Position numbers and translations under genes: made by a program | In this document: positions 13,471-26,789 of the stretch, piece by piece | Layout of the letters: each line of letters starts with the position of its first letter | Numbering within the stretch: the first letter of the stretch is position 1 | DNA from: Chiloscyllium plagiosum | Lineage: Eukaryota | NCBI RefSeq assembly: GCF_004010195.1 | Contig: NC_057719.1 | Span: forward strand, 93,445,072 to 93,509,071 | Length of the DNA stretch: 64,000 bases | Reading direction: 5' to 3' | Notes under the pieces: model-generated | The model's input: the letters and a program-made list of their open reading frames with translations, nothing else | Told to the model about the DNA's origin: nothing | Database searches by the model: none

Positions 13471-13494
13471 TGTGGTTTCCAATCGGTCCCCATG

Positions 13495-13900
13495 TGGAGA
13501 TGGTGCTGTTGTCGAAATGTCACTGGATTACTTATCCAGAGCAGGCTAATACTCTGGCAGCTGGTGGAAGTTAAAAACAATAAAATATTGAGATCTAAAA
13601 TCTGGTGTCAGTAATAGTGACGTTGAAGCCAATGTCGATTGTCAACACCAATTTCCTTCCCCAATGTACTTTCAGGAAGTGAATCTCCCGTGCTTTCCTG
13701 GTCTGGCCTAAAAGTTACTCACAGACATGTGATGAACACTTCAACGTTCTCTGTAACGTCCAAGCAAGACACTCAATTGTATCAAACTGTTCCGAGGCCT
13801 TAAAGGATAAAACCGGACTGAAAACCCGGCTCCAGCCTCAGTATCAGAAAAGGGAATGGGAAATGCACACCTTCGACTTGCAGAGACCTCCTTCCTAACA
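13495..13900 (+). mobile_element. SacSINE1-like tRNA SINE
   Basis: gtcactggattacttatccagag...ggcagctggtggaa...ttcaggaagtgaatctcccgtgctttcctggtctggcct. Paralog at ~34048-34410. Confidence 0.65.
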
Positions 13901-14699
13901 TCTGAGAGTTTGTGACAACATTTACAGTGCATTCCCACAGATTTCACAGAAACATCGAGGAAGGAGAAGGCCATTCAACACATTGAGCCTCACTTACTGT
14001 AACTCTTGGAAAGATGTGGTTTTCCCCACAGAGTGTTCACATTCCTTCATATGTTTGAACATCAGGAAATATAAAATAGGAACTGCTATTATCCCTTTGG
14101 TCCATAAGTATTGCTGCTCCATTCAATATACAGGCAGTTCTCTGATAACGTGTGTTTATTAAACACAATTTGGTTGTAATGTGAGTGGTGAATTGCTGAC
14201 CTTTATAAAGTGAGCTCCTGTTCACTGTGATGTGATTTCATCTCTGGCACCAGTTGATTAGAAAATTCCAGCCTCAGGATGGTCTGTCAGCAAAATGCAC
14301 ACTCAGCAGGAAGATAATCTGATCTACACGCCTTGAACCTGAGCCTGAAACTGGGAGTTGTGGTCGACACTGAGAAGGAACTTCTTTTCAAATGGGGGTG
14401 GAAGGGGTGGAATCGTGAGATGATCTGGAATTCTGCGTCGGAATCATGTGGTCAGTCAACTCGCGCCCTCTCCGGTGAAGAGCTTGGTGAAAGATACATG
14501 CTGTTGTCAGTGACTGTAGTGTTTAAGTGTTACATTTACTGCATTATTTCATTACAATATATGATTTAAAGACTTACTTATACTGTCCTGGTATGTGTTG
14601 GACTAACTTTTATTTTTAGTCTTTACTGATATTTTGGGGGTTCACCCCTTACCGTCTTAGGCCATTATTATTATTGCAGCTTTTTTTACAAAACAATAT

Positions 14700-17600
14700 T
14701 GCACAAGCACACGGCTACCACGTTATTGGAGGACAACCTGTAACGCTATCTGATGCTCTATCACCATACCTTAATCCTGCTTTCTCCCTGTCCCTTTAGT
14801 ATTTGGAAATCCTTATTAACATTCAGTGCCTTGGCTTCCACAGCCTGATCTGGGAGAGATTTCCTCAAGTTCATCAGTCTCTGATGGCAGACATTTATTC
14901 ACATCTCAATGCAGAGTGCTCTGCCTGTTTCTAATTCGGTGGCCCCTTGTTTTAAATGTCCTAGCCAGGAGAATTACCAACCCTGTTTCTAATCTGTCTC
15001 ACCCTGTCAGAATTTTATATATTTCACTTAGACCTCCACTCATTTTCCTAAACCCCATGGAATACAGGCCCAGTAGCCACAAACTCTGCTCCCACAACAA
15101 GCCTGTCATCCCAGAGATCAGTCTGGTCATCTTTCGCTACACTCCTTCAATGTCAGGTTCGTCCTTTATTAGGTAAGGATGCCATAACTGCACACAGTAC
15201 TGCACAATGTTCGAGATGTGGTCTCACTAAGGCCCGTACAGCTGCAGTAAAGCACCCTTTCTCCTGGACTCAAATTCCCCTGAAATGAAGGTCAACACAC
15301 CATTTATCTTCCTAACTGTTCTATATCCCTGCAATATTGCTTTCAGTGACTGTTGTACAGAGAGATCCAGGTCCTTTACAATGTTACAGCTCTCCACTTG
15401 CTGGGTCTATGTACACTGGTCAGTGTGCCAGTGTCATTCACAGTATTGACGTCTGGTTTCAGAACTAACTGCCCTGCATGGACTCGGAGGTGTGCGCAGA
15501 AGGAAACAAAAAATACAGCTTATGTTCCTTCATAGATCGACATTTTTCAACCTATTCCTTTTCAATTGATAGGCTGCTATTCTATTGTTCCCATCAAAGT
15601 TCCCATCTCCCCCCATTGCTCTCCATCTGCCACGTATTTGCCCAGTCAATCCCCTTACCGCAATCAGCTTGAAGCTTATTTACATCCTCCCCACCCACTC
15701 ACAATCCGACATCGACTCGGGAATATAGCATTTGATCCCCTCAACCAAAGATACGATGTGCATTAGAAATAGCTTGTGGCCAAACCTCGAATCCTGCAAC
15801 ATCCTCCAAACCATCCACTCTTAAAAAAAACATTGTTTTATTCCTACTGACTGTTTCCTGACAGATCTCCAACTCCAAAAGCATGACTATATGTAGCCTC
15901 AGTCCCATAGGATGCGAAATTGCACTCCAGGCTTGGGGCTTTATCAAAATGCTTTCTGAAAATCCAATCATATTGCATTGATAGCTTCTCTGTAATTTTG
16001 CTTAGTCAGTTTCTCAAATATGACTCCCATTTCATAAATTTCTGTTGGCTCTCTCTATGCCCTTTACTTTCGGTTTCAATACTTCCTGTGAAACGTTTTA
16101 GTTGCTAATTAACCTTTTCTCACCTGACTAAAATTTCCTAGCATTGCTGGGAAGATTTTTTTTTGTTTCGTCTGTGAAGACAGAACTGAAATGTTTTCTC
16201 CATAGTTCTGCCATTTCCCTGTTCGCCATTTTCCATTCTCTGGTTTCACACTGTTAGGAATCAGTACCTTTTTTCTCCTTAATGTTGCCATTGATATACT
16301 TTTTGAACTTAATATAAGTTCATTTTTGTAACATTTGTTAATATAGTCTTCAGAAGCCCATCAATTCCTGTCTTAAGCAGCTCAATGATTGACCTTCCAC
16401 AGCCATACAATCACAAGAGCATAGACTCTGTACAGTCACAAATATAGCACGGTCTACATTCGTCCCACTTACCTCACAAGGACCATAGCCATATATGGTA
16501 TGTCACTTCAAGAACACGACCGTGTAATGGTTAACAGTTGTGAGGTTCACTGTGACAATTGCCCTACCAGGAAGTGCATTCCAGATCTCAACACCCTCTG
16601 GGTAAAATTAAAATCCTCAAATTCTCACTAAACCTCAAACCCTTTACTTTAAAAGTATACACCCATGTCGTTGACTCTCTGACTAAAAGGAATAGCTGCT
16701 GTCTATCCATCCTGTCCATGCTCCTTCTAAGCTTATTCTTCTGAATCACATCCACCTCAGTTTTCTCTGCTCTAAAGTCAACAAGCTGAGATGATCCAGA
16801 TCTCCCCATAGCCGACGTGCTCCATCCCAAGGAACATCCTGGTGATTCTTCTCTAACCCTCCTCCAGTACAATCACATTCTTCCTGTAATGTGGCTCCCA
16901 GAACTACACACAGTATTCCATCTTGACCTAACCAATGTTCCTCATAGCTCTTATAATCTATGCCTTGACGAAGAAAGGCAACGTTTTCAGACCCCTATAC
17001 TTTCTCAATTGTGTATTAATCTGTTTAGTCACATTTAGTGATGTGTGGTGAAGCGCCCTCTGAGCTTCCTAGTGTGCTGCCATTCATTGAGTACTTCCCT
17101 GTCTGGTTCCTTCCTCCAAAGTGCATCATTGGCCTTTATCAGTGTTACATTCCAACTGCTTTGACCTGACTATTCCACTTATATCTTCCTCTAACTAAAA
17201 ACCTTCCTCCTTACTTTCAACCACCCGTTCAATCGTTTTCAAAGATAAAAATCACACGCCACCACGTTATAGTCCCACAGGTGTCTACAAAGTCACTAGC
17301 TTTCGAAGCACTGCTTTTTCATCATGTGATTATGCACTTTGAAAGTTAGTGCCTCCGAATACACCTGTTGGAGTCTCATCTAGTGTTCTCTGACTTCAAC
17401 GTTGTCCACCCCAGTCCAACACCAGCACCTCCGAATCACAAATAACAAGGGGCACAGCACTGATCCCTGTGGTGCACCATGGGACACCAATCTCCAGTCA
17501 CGTCACACAAACAGCCTTTTATCATTGTGCTCTCTATATTAACACTAAGTTGATTTGGATGCAACTTGGTAAGTCTCTAACGAGTCCCAACTATTCCCTG

Positions 17601-18800
17601 GTTAATTCTGTTCCAGTTGCTACACTTGTAGAATATCTGGGCATTCTCCCTAACCTTCCCTGCCAACAGGTTTTCAAGCCACTGTGTTATTCATCAAAGT
17701 GATGGATTTCCTCCTTATTTCGGTCTTAAATGGCCTGCCTTTTATCCTGTCATTATTTGCCTTCAATACAGAGTAGATAACCAGAGAATATTTATTTATT
17801 TCCACTGTCTCATATGTTTAGTGATTTTTTTAAAATTTCACCGTGACCCACCTCTTATTCTTTGAAACTGTAGAGATCACAGGCCAAATTTCATCATCAG
17901 GCAATCTCGCCGTCTGAGGGATTAATCTGGAGAATACCCATTACACTTGCACTGAGACCGGTATACTCTTTCTCAGTTTGGGTCACCAAAAGTGTACACA
18001 ATATTTCAGGGACAGTCTCACCAACACGCTGTGAAACAGCTTCACCATGTCCTTCCATCTTTCTTCTGATTCCCTTAAATGAAGGCGAACACAACTTTAA
18101 CTTTCCACGTACATAAATTCCTCCAAATACATTTTGCATTAATTTATTTATGAACTCATTGCGTGAGCTCCGATAGAAAACCTTCTGAAAATCCAGATAT
18201 GCCATTTCTAGTGGTTCCCCGTTATCTATGATGTAAGAAACAAGTTCAAATAATTATGAAGTTTGTTAAGGATGATGTCCCTTTCAGAAATGCATGATGC
18301 TTTTCTCCAATGTTGCTGTTAATTTCTAAATATCCAATATCACACCCTTTGTAATAGATTCCAACAGTTTCCCTACAGATGTCAAGTTTAACTGGTCTGA
18401 AGTTCTCACCACTATCACTTCTTCCCTTTGGAGATGCTTGGTTCACGTTTACCACCTTCCATTTATCCACAATGGCTTCCTGTCTCTGCAGAATGTACAG
18501 GAAAATAAAACGCAGTGATAGGCAACACAATTAATACTTCTATTGCTGATTTATTTCTATCATTTTGATATGAAGTACATCTGGTTCGTCAGACTTAGCA
18601 ATGCTCAATCCAGTTACATTTTTAAGTAGTACTTTGCTGCAAATAAAAATTGACTTTTATGTGTTTAGTCTCACAAGTACGACATGATCATTTGGTATTT
18701 ATGGGAGATTTTTTTGGATCTTCTCCCATGAAGACAGATGCAGTATAACTGGTTAATTTCTCGGCCATTTCCCTGTTCCCTACAATGCTGACGGCTCTCC
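14700..18800 (-). mobile_element. Cluster of old CR1 LINE fragments
   Basis: Minus-strand RT motifs: LVRPHLEHCA (~15190-15240), YLDFQK.F (ORF 17897-18205), WK..NV...KG.....NFRPV (ORF 18246-18530). Confidence 0.8.
17249..17435. mobile_element. Palindromic Penelope-derived non-autonomous element
   Basis: Inverted arms (aaaatcacacgccaccacgttatagtcccacagg...ctagctttc / gaaagttagtg...cctgttggagtctcatctagtgtt). Same family as 48131-48345. Confidence 0.65.
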
Positions 18801-18884
18801 CAATTATAAGTTTCTACATTTGACGTTGCTTTTATTTTGTCTTCTTTGAAATACAGATTGTAGATGTATGCAGTTCTTTGTGTT

Positions 18885-19137
18885 CTTAGAATGCCTACAG
18901 CGTGGAAAAGGTCCTTGGGCACAACAGTTCCACACTGCCCTTCCGAAGAATAACCCATGCAGACCGATTACCCTCCACCTCTACAATCTCCACAGATCAA
19001 TGCACCTTATCTACACATCCTTTTGCACTATGGCTAATTCACCTCACCTGCACATCTTTGGATTGTAATAGGAAATCGGCGCAACCAGAGGAAACCCACA
19101 GAGACATGGAGAAAATGTGCAAACTCCACACAGACAA
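18885..19137 (-). mobile_element. HE1-type V-SINE (partial)
   Basis: V-domain-like tatggctaattcacctcacctgcacatctttggattgt...gaggaaacccacagagacatggagaaaatgtgcaaactccacacagac. Confidence 0.85.
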
Positions 19138-19299
19138 ATTTCTGAGAATTCACAAGATTCTACAATGTCTGGAATTCTTTTGAAGTCACTTCCTATGATT
19201 AATATAATTTTTAATATGTTATGTTAACCACCATAAAGTCACATTCCCCTTTCTTTAGTGATTGTATCTTAAAGAAAAAGACGTATTTTTTTCAGACTT

Positions 19300-20962
19300 C
19301 GAAGTATTTCTATCGATATCCTGGTCCTGACCAGATTCATGCTAGAACACAGCAATTGGCGCGAGAAGAAATTGCGGCGGCCGTGCCTGATACTTTTGCA
19401 TCATTGTTAGCTTCAGATGATGTCCCGGAAGACTGTTAGGGAACCAATGCTGTGCCCTTATTCAAGAAGCCTGCATCGATTAACCTGGAAACTATAAACC
19501 AGTTAGCTTAGCAAATTACTTGCGAAGATTCAGAGAGATAAGATATACATGTATTTGGAAAGACAGAGTTTGATTAGGAACAGTCAGCACGGCTTTGTGC
19601 GTTGGAGATCATGGCTTACAATGTTTTAGATTTCTTTGATGAAGTGAACAGGAATGTTGACGAGGATAGGCTAGTAAATGTGGTCGATATAGATTTTAGA
19701 AAGACCTTTGATAAGATTCCACATGATAGGCTGCTCTGGAAGGTTAGATCGCATGGAATTCAGGGGGAGCTGGCAAATTTAACACACACTCGGCTCATTG
19801 GTAGGAAGCAGAGGGTAATCGTGGAAAAATCTTTGTCCGCCTGGAAACCTGTGACTAGTGGAGTGCCTCAGGAGTCGGTGCTGGGACCATTGTTATTATC
19901 TCTCACAATGATTTTGTTGAGAATGTACAAAGCATGATTAGTAACTTTGCTCATGACACGAAAATAGGCATTTTCGTGGACAGTGAGGAAGGTTATCAGA
20001 TATTGCAGCAGGACCTTGATTGGTTGGGAAGTGGGCCGAGAAATGGCAAACGAAATTTAATATCAATAAGTGTGAGGCCTTGCATATTGGAAATAAAATC
20101 AAGGTAGGAGCTTCATGGTGAATGGTCGGGCCTTAAGGAGTGCAGTGGAATATTGGGTCCTTGGAGTTCAGATGTACGATTCTCTCAAAGTAGAGTCACA
20201 GGGAGACGGCAGAGAAGAAGGTTTTTGGCACACAGGCCTTCATCTGTCAAGGAATTGAACATCGAATTTGGCGAATTATGTTGAAATTATGCAGGATGCT
20301 GGTGAGGCTGCGCTTAGAGTAAGATGATCGATTTTGTTCAATTTGCTCTAAGAAGGATGTGATTAAATAGGAAAGAGTCAGAAGAAACTCACAAGGATGT
20401 TGCCAGTAATCAATGGCCTGATTTACAGGGATATTGGATATTTAGAAATTAACAGCGACATTGGAGAGAAGCAGCATGCATTTCTGAAAGGGAAATCATC
20501 CTTAACAAACTTCATAACTCTCCCTGAGTTACAGGGTGAGTTTGGACAGGTTTCGTTATTTTTCTTTGTATTGTAAGACTGAGTGGAAATCTTATAAAAA
20601 TACATAAGACCATGAGAGGCATGGAGAGGGTGAATGCAGTCAGTGCTTTTTTCCAGGGTTGGGCAATCAAGGACTACAGGACAACAGTTTATGGTCAGAA
20701 GAAAAGAATAAAAGGAAACATGAGGGGAAACGTTTTTACACATAGGGTGGTACACACATGAAATGAGCTGCCAGCGGAAGTGGTTGAGGCGAGTACATTA
20801 ACAACTTTTAAAAGACATTTGGACAAATACATGGATAAGTAATGTTTAGAAGGATACAGGGCAATGGCAGGGAAAAAGGATTAGTATGAATGGACGTTTT
20901 GGTTGGAATGGACCACTTTGAACCGAAGGACCTCTCTCTGTGCTTTAGGACTCGATGACTCT
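19300..20962 (+). mobile_element. 5'-truncated CR1 LINE (RT and 3' UTR), many stops and frameshifts
   Basis: ORF 19602-19937 (DFRKTFDKIPH..LL.KV..HGI...RKQRV...VTSGVPQESVLGPLL) and a 3' tail ending gactcgatgactct. Confidence 0.93.
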
Positions 20963-21499
20963 CAAAACTATTGCTTGTACTTTCCAAATTCAAAGAGGTG
21001 AACTTGACCCTCTAGTCTCCAGACTTCCATGATGTTTGAACATAACATTCATACATCCGATATTGCATGCAAACGCCATGTAAAATGCAACATATAAATG
21101 CCACTATTCCTCAGAACAACATTATTAAATAGTACTTCTGACCACACAACACTAAATCCAAACTAACCTGGACTCCAGTTTGGTTCACAACATACTCTTC
21201 AAGTTAACTGATGCACACTTCTGGAATTTATTTTTCACAGGATTAGCAGTCAATTGGTTAACACAGTTTAGATGTAACTTGAGAAAATTCTGTGTTACTG
21301 CACCACCCACAACATGTGCATATCTAATTGCCAGTGCATAAGAGGCACAACATTTCCGCGACAGATTTGGTTTAGATATATAACACACCAATGTTTGCTT
21401 CTCCTTGCTATTTGTAATATTCACGCAAACTGATTCTGAGGGAATATGAGGGACATGTTTTGTGGTGTTATTAGTGATAGACTTCGACAAGACATTCGG

Positions 21500-22030
21500 G
21501 GAGGGTCACCTCGACACTGAGATGATCTGAAGAAATGACTAACAACACAGGACAAGCATCAAGATCCTCACTGCTCTGCCAGGATAAATGTCACCATATT
21601 CTCTCTGCTCCCTCACACTCACTATATAACTGCTATGGCACCAAACTCCGAAACAGGCTCCCAATCCATCTCCAAATACGACTCATGCACTACCACTCTA
21701 AAGGTTGAGTTAAGCACCTTCTTTCCATCATTTTATCTGTCACTTACACAATTCTCCCCAGACTAATAACACTTTACGGATTCTGCACTGTGGACGGACT
21801 CCCTACAGACACCCCACCCTTCACGCCACCCCGCCCCCACCCCCAGCACCACCACCTACAACAGCTCACTCCTCCATTCCCTTTTTCCCATTCCAGGAGA
21901 AACAGCCTGGAACAGGAAAGAAAGTGCCAAGCCGGGTGGCGGAGTGCCTGATATCTGTTCCCTCGCACCCCTTCCCCCCGCCAGGTAGGGCGGACCCTGA
22001 TATGAGCTGGAGATGACCGTATGTGATGGA
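21500..22030 (+). pseudogene. Relic of PIF/Harbinger transposon Myb/SANT (NAIF1-like) accessory gene, 3' of exon 1, intron and exon 2
   Basis: Exon 1 end reads *RND*QHRTSI...HCSAR, then a donor mutated to ATAAAT (21584). After acceptor ttcccattccag (21896) it reads EK/AWNRKESAKPGGGVPDICSLAP...RTLI*AGDDR, matching the recalled EKxAHNRRE.xKTGGG motif. Confidence 0.75.
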
Positions 22031-23149
22031 GTGAATCGTATTGCGATTTCATAACACCCATGTCTCACCAACTGAGTAAGAAACAATGATCAGTGGATGG
22101 CAATACTCACTTTAAACGCTCTGTCTGTTCCATATTTCTCTCACTCCCAATACAGCAAATAGTTCATACCAGGGAAATGTAAGTACAGAAATTCTCAGAG
22201 ACATGTGGAACTCCCCAATATACTAACACTCACAGTACATACATGGAGATAGACCAGCACATGTAAAGGCTTACAGGTAGGCATATACAGTCACACACAA
22301 ACAGACATAAAGCCAGATAAAACGCAGAGGTTCATACACAGATGGACAAATGTAGACAAACGATTACACAGACTTACAAACACATGAAGAAACACACATA
22401 TGCTTACATACAGACACACAGCGACACAGTCACTAGCGTCTACAAGAGAGGGATGGATAGGTTTTTGATGAATAAGGGTATCATGCGTTACAGAGAGAAG
22501 TCAGGAGAATGATATTGAGAGACCTCTAATCCATTATTAAATGGCATTCAGACTCGATGGGCCGACTGGCCTAATTCTACACTTTTTTAATGCTTGCGTG
22601 GTGTTCTGCTATCTGGTATTCTCTTCCCAGAACAAGAGTGGCGAATGCATTTAATATATATTTCATTGGAAAGACACAGTGGTAATATTGGATGTGTTTA
22701 GAGAGCTGAATGGTTTACATGTATTCTTAATTAGTCTGTTCTTAAGTTTCAAAAGAGGTAGCAATTTCATGTTAGGTTAACACAGTTTTAAAATAACGGG
22801 GACTGCAATGAAATAAGGACTTCCCTTTCACTTTTGTGTTGTGCTAACTGTGGCGTCATCATCATCAGGGCACAGTAAAGACTCGTTTATTGAAGGTATT
22901 CAAGGCTGAGCTCGACTGATCTTTTCTGCACAGGAGAGTCAATGTTTATTGGGGACAGACAGAAGACGAATGGTCAGACACAATCGAATCAGCCATAAAT
23001 AATATGCACAGACTACTGCTCCTCCTACCCATGAAGTTAGTCTGCAGACGCAGCAATTGATTTAGAATGATGTTGTTTCTGGCATAGGGAATTGGATTTA
23101 ATAGTAGGAATGTTTTACTGCATCTGGACAGGGAGACTGCAGTCGCTGG

Positions 23150-23332
23150 AGGTCATAGTCGAAAAGTGTGGCACTGAAAAAGCACAGTAGGTCAGGAAGA
23201 ATCCGAGGAGCAGGAAAGCCAATGTGTCGGGCATAAGCACATCATCAGTAATGTGCTCAAAACATCGACTCTCATGCTCCCCTGATGCTGCCTGCCCTGC
23301 TCTGCTCTTCCAGCATCACTCTTTTTGACTCT
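23150..23332. mobile_element. Palindromic Penelope-terminus-derived element
   Basis: Inverted arms gaaaaagcacagtaggtcaggaagaatccgaggagcagg / ctcatgctcccctgatgctgcctgccctgctctgctcttccagc. Confidence 0.65.
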
Positions 23333-23629
23333 ATATCTGTGCAGGAAACTACTAAGACCACATCTGCCACACTGTGTGTCGTTTTGTTCCCCTAAAGGAA
23401 AATATATAATTGTTTTTGAAGCTTTTCAAAGATGTTGTGTATACATGTTTCTGGAAGACCTTGTGTTCCGAAGCATTATCAGTTTAGCTCTTAGATGAGA
23501 CTCTTGTTGAGCCATACACGACTTGGAAAATAATCAGCTGGATACATACTTTCTCTTGTCAGGGTGTTTAAAACTATGAAATAAAATTTAAGAATAAGAT
23601 GTATTGATTGTTATGACGTGTAATGTAGA

Positions 23630-23840
23630 GAGTGAAAGCTGGCAAGGACGTAACAAGCACAGAATATGACTAACAATTTTTTTTAAAAAGTAACATTTGA
23701 AAGTGAAACAAATAGCTGAGCTCAGTGCTATGGTACACAACAAATTCGAAATTGGCCAATCAGATTAACTTCTGCCCCAAGATGCTAAACTCCTGTCGAA
23801 TTTGAATTTTAATGACATCAGACCAATGAGACAATCCGCT
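23630..23840 (+). mobile_element. LTR-like fragment related to 49150-49450
   Basis: tgctatggtacacaacaaattcgaaattggccaatcagatt...tgccccaagatgc matches 49213-49272 directly. Confidence 0.6.
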
Positions 23841-26630
23841 GTACATCTCTATGACTCTATGAATATATAAAGGAACTTCCCAACATCTCACCGTTTAATA
23901 AACATTAACAGTAATTATTATACTTGTTGTTCACATCTGAATATTTTTATACCTTTTGAACAGCTATTGCACAAGGTCTGATCCGTTTTATACCCCAAAA
24001 ACTTTCCATCCAGAGGAAATAAAAACACTACTTTGTCCATTTTATCCATTATCAACTTTTTGATCCATTTTGTGTATTACAGCCCTGCCTACCCATGGAC
24101 TCTAACATTCCCCACTCACCTGTATTCGACCATGTCAAACTTATTCTGAAAAGTCAAATACAACACTCCAACTTGTTTTCAATTGTTAATGCCACAACGG
24201 ACAGCCTCCACAAATCCCATCTGGTTTATCAATGATCATTCCCCTTTCCTGAATCTAGGAATCTTCCAAACCATATCATTATTCTCCAAGTGTCTAGTTG
24301 TCTCATGCCTTATAAAAAAACTTCCAATATTTTTCTCACTGCTGACATCAAGCTATTTAGTTTTCTGTTTTCCCTCTCCATCCTGTTTTAAATATTTAGG
24401 ATCACAAGAGCTGCTTTCCAGTCTGCAGGATTCTTTCCCAAATCTAACCAGCTTTGAAGAATAATCAGTAATTCTTGCACTTGCTCTGTTGCCACCTCTT
24501 CAATACTCTAGGATGTAGCTCATCAGATGAAGCAACTCACTAAGCTTCAACTCGATTACATTTTCAAAAACATACTCTTCATTAATTCTAATTTCGTGCA
24601 GTTCCTCATTTCTACCAGTACCCCAGTTTCCCAGCATTTCCGGAAGTGAGTTTCTGCAACTTCCTCTGGGGAGATATAAGCAACGTAATCCTCTTAGCAT
24701 ACAGATGGCTTCTGACAGCCGCTGATACTTTGGAGGACTGCACTCCGGAGATGGTGGATATGTCACCCACTCCTGCCAGGAATGTTTCAGAATCAATCTA
24801 GTTCACTTCATGGTGAGTGTTAACAGTCCCATCCCTGGTTTGAGGAATTAGGTTATACTGAAGGGGGAAACACAACTCAGCGACCACCTCATTTCTGTAA
24901 GACGCTGTTTCACATTTCACACTTGGAATGGGTCCAGCTTACACAAATGTTCCTTGAAATCCCAGGGAGGGTAGTACAGTGCCCTGCCTCTCCATGTGCA
25001 CAGATCTTCCTTGTGTAGTCTTGGCTCCATTTGTTTACTATGAACCCAGAAAACTCGGTCAATGCAGTGTCCATATCCCGTCCAGTGTGGGGTCACCAGA
25101 CTCTCGGATCTCCCTGAATAGATGTTACAGCAGACAACCCAAACCCGAGAAATGCATCCATAGAATCTTCCCTTACTCTCCAATGACAGTAGCAAGTCAA
25201 ATCCCCACATACATGGTGCACCCATTCAGTGCTGAAAATGTTTCTCTTCCTGGTGGAAATAGTCATTAAATCTCTGCACAGTCCCACAGTAATAGTTCAT
25301 TTCCCCTCAGGAGCAGTTGACAAAGTAATATCATGTTTCTCTGTCTCTCAGCAACTATAAGTGTATCATCAGTATTGCCAATTGAGTTGATCACCACACT
25401 CAGAGAAGAGAGATAGAGGGAATATACCTCACTTTAAACAGGGACATACCTAAATTGACATGATATTCAGGAATATCGGAAAAGGGAAACTGTTAGAATA
25501 AGCTCCCATTTTATTTTACTTCCAGATCACCATCAGCACTCCCTTTGTTTGCTTTTCATTTATGTCTCTCTCTCTGTCTCACTCTCGCTGGACATTTCTC
25601 CATCCATTCAGCTAACATCCCTATCACTCATCCAGCCATCCCTGATATAAATAATATTTTTCCCGGTTGATTTCAGTTTTGATGTAGGGTCACTAGACGC
25701 GAAGTTTTATCTGTTTTTTTTTTCCTTACAGAGGCAACCATGCCATCTGAGAATCTCCAACACTTTCAGACGCTAGAGAATTTTATTTCAGATCTCCAGC
25801 ATCCACAGTTCCTTGGTTTACTTCACCTTTAATATTGTTGTTTTCTGGGAAGTCAGCTTCACTCGTAAGCGTAGCATTTGTTGTCCATCACTAATTGCTC
25901 TTGAATGTGAAGCCATTTGCCAAGACAATATGGTGTCAAAAATTGTGTTCTGAGTCTGCAGTCACACTTAGTCCAGACTGCACAATAATGTTAAGTTTCT
26001 TTACCAAAGGCTATCAGTGAAAGATAAAAGAAACCCCGATGATTTAAGGTTGAGGCTAGTAAAATGAGGTTTCAATCCAATTTTTGTCCTTCGAATTTAA
26101 GTTCTGTCATCAGTTGCGTTAAGGATTTGAAACAATGCCTGTAAAACCATTAATTGTGGCTATGAATTACCCATCCTGTGTCATTATTACTCTGATACAT
26201 AGTCGCTGTTTCGAAATAACTAGAGAAACAAGAACACGTTTGTGGTCAATTATTTATTACTGGAAGAGAGGTCAGAAGGGAACTAGAGTTATAAGATCCG
26301 TCGTTAACAAAGGGGTAGATGATCGCTCATCTAGCGACAGCACTGAGGCATCGCTGGAGACTGGGGATACCATGGAGGTGGATGTGAGCAGATTTGATGG
26401 CAGAGAGAATACACAGACATAAAACCGTTCAGGGCAAAAGGAAGACTCAAGGGTCTGAATAGTCATGTTTCTTCTCAGATGTTTATGAGTAGGGAGTCTG
26501 AAATTGACGGAAACGAAGTGGAGTTTGTGACTGAAGCTGAAGATAACAGTTTCTGTATTTGTTAAATATGAATGACTGAAATAGCAATAACCTTCACCAT
26601 AGTTTATAGAAATGACAGAGATAGGCTTAA

Positions 26631-26789
26631 CAGGAGCATCAATGATAGTGAAGAAGGGATAATCATCAGTACGGCTCGTATCCACAATTCTAACCATGCC
26701 CAATCCTGAGAAAGATTATAAAGACCCGCAGATAAACTCCTGTCCATTGTTAGAACATTTCAGTCTAATGTTCACAGAGTCTTATCCAT
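26631..26789 (-). pseudogene. GPR139/GPR142-like GPCR first exon, pseudogenised
   Basis: From ATG at 26747 it reads MDRSLSAGLYNLSQDWAWLELWIRAVLMII, homologous to 54062-54194. A 16-nt frameshifting deletion removes QAVYY, the donor is mutated (cctg|TTAAGC), and the upstream repeat unit has an in-frame TGA. Confidence 0.82.

Larger units (their letters stand above)
10150..15250 (+). repeat. Segmental duplication block B (direct paralog at 32570-35750; ~11150-13050 missing from the paralog)
   Basis: Collinear direct homology, e.g. 10225-10400 vs 32640-32820 and 14430-14510 vs 34920-35000. The paralog jumps from the 11150 equivalent to the 13050 equivalent at ~33590. Confidence 0.93.

Noticed and set aside
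26272..26703. 143-aa minus-strand ORF overlapping GPCR pseudo-exon
   Set aside because: Starts out of frame with the exon and runs into intron sequence; not preserved as an ORF in the paralog.
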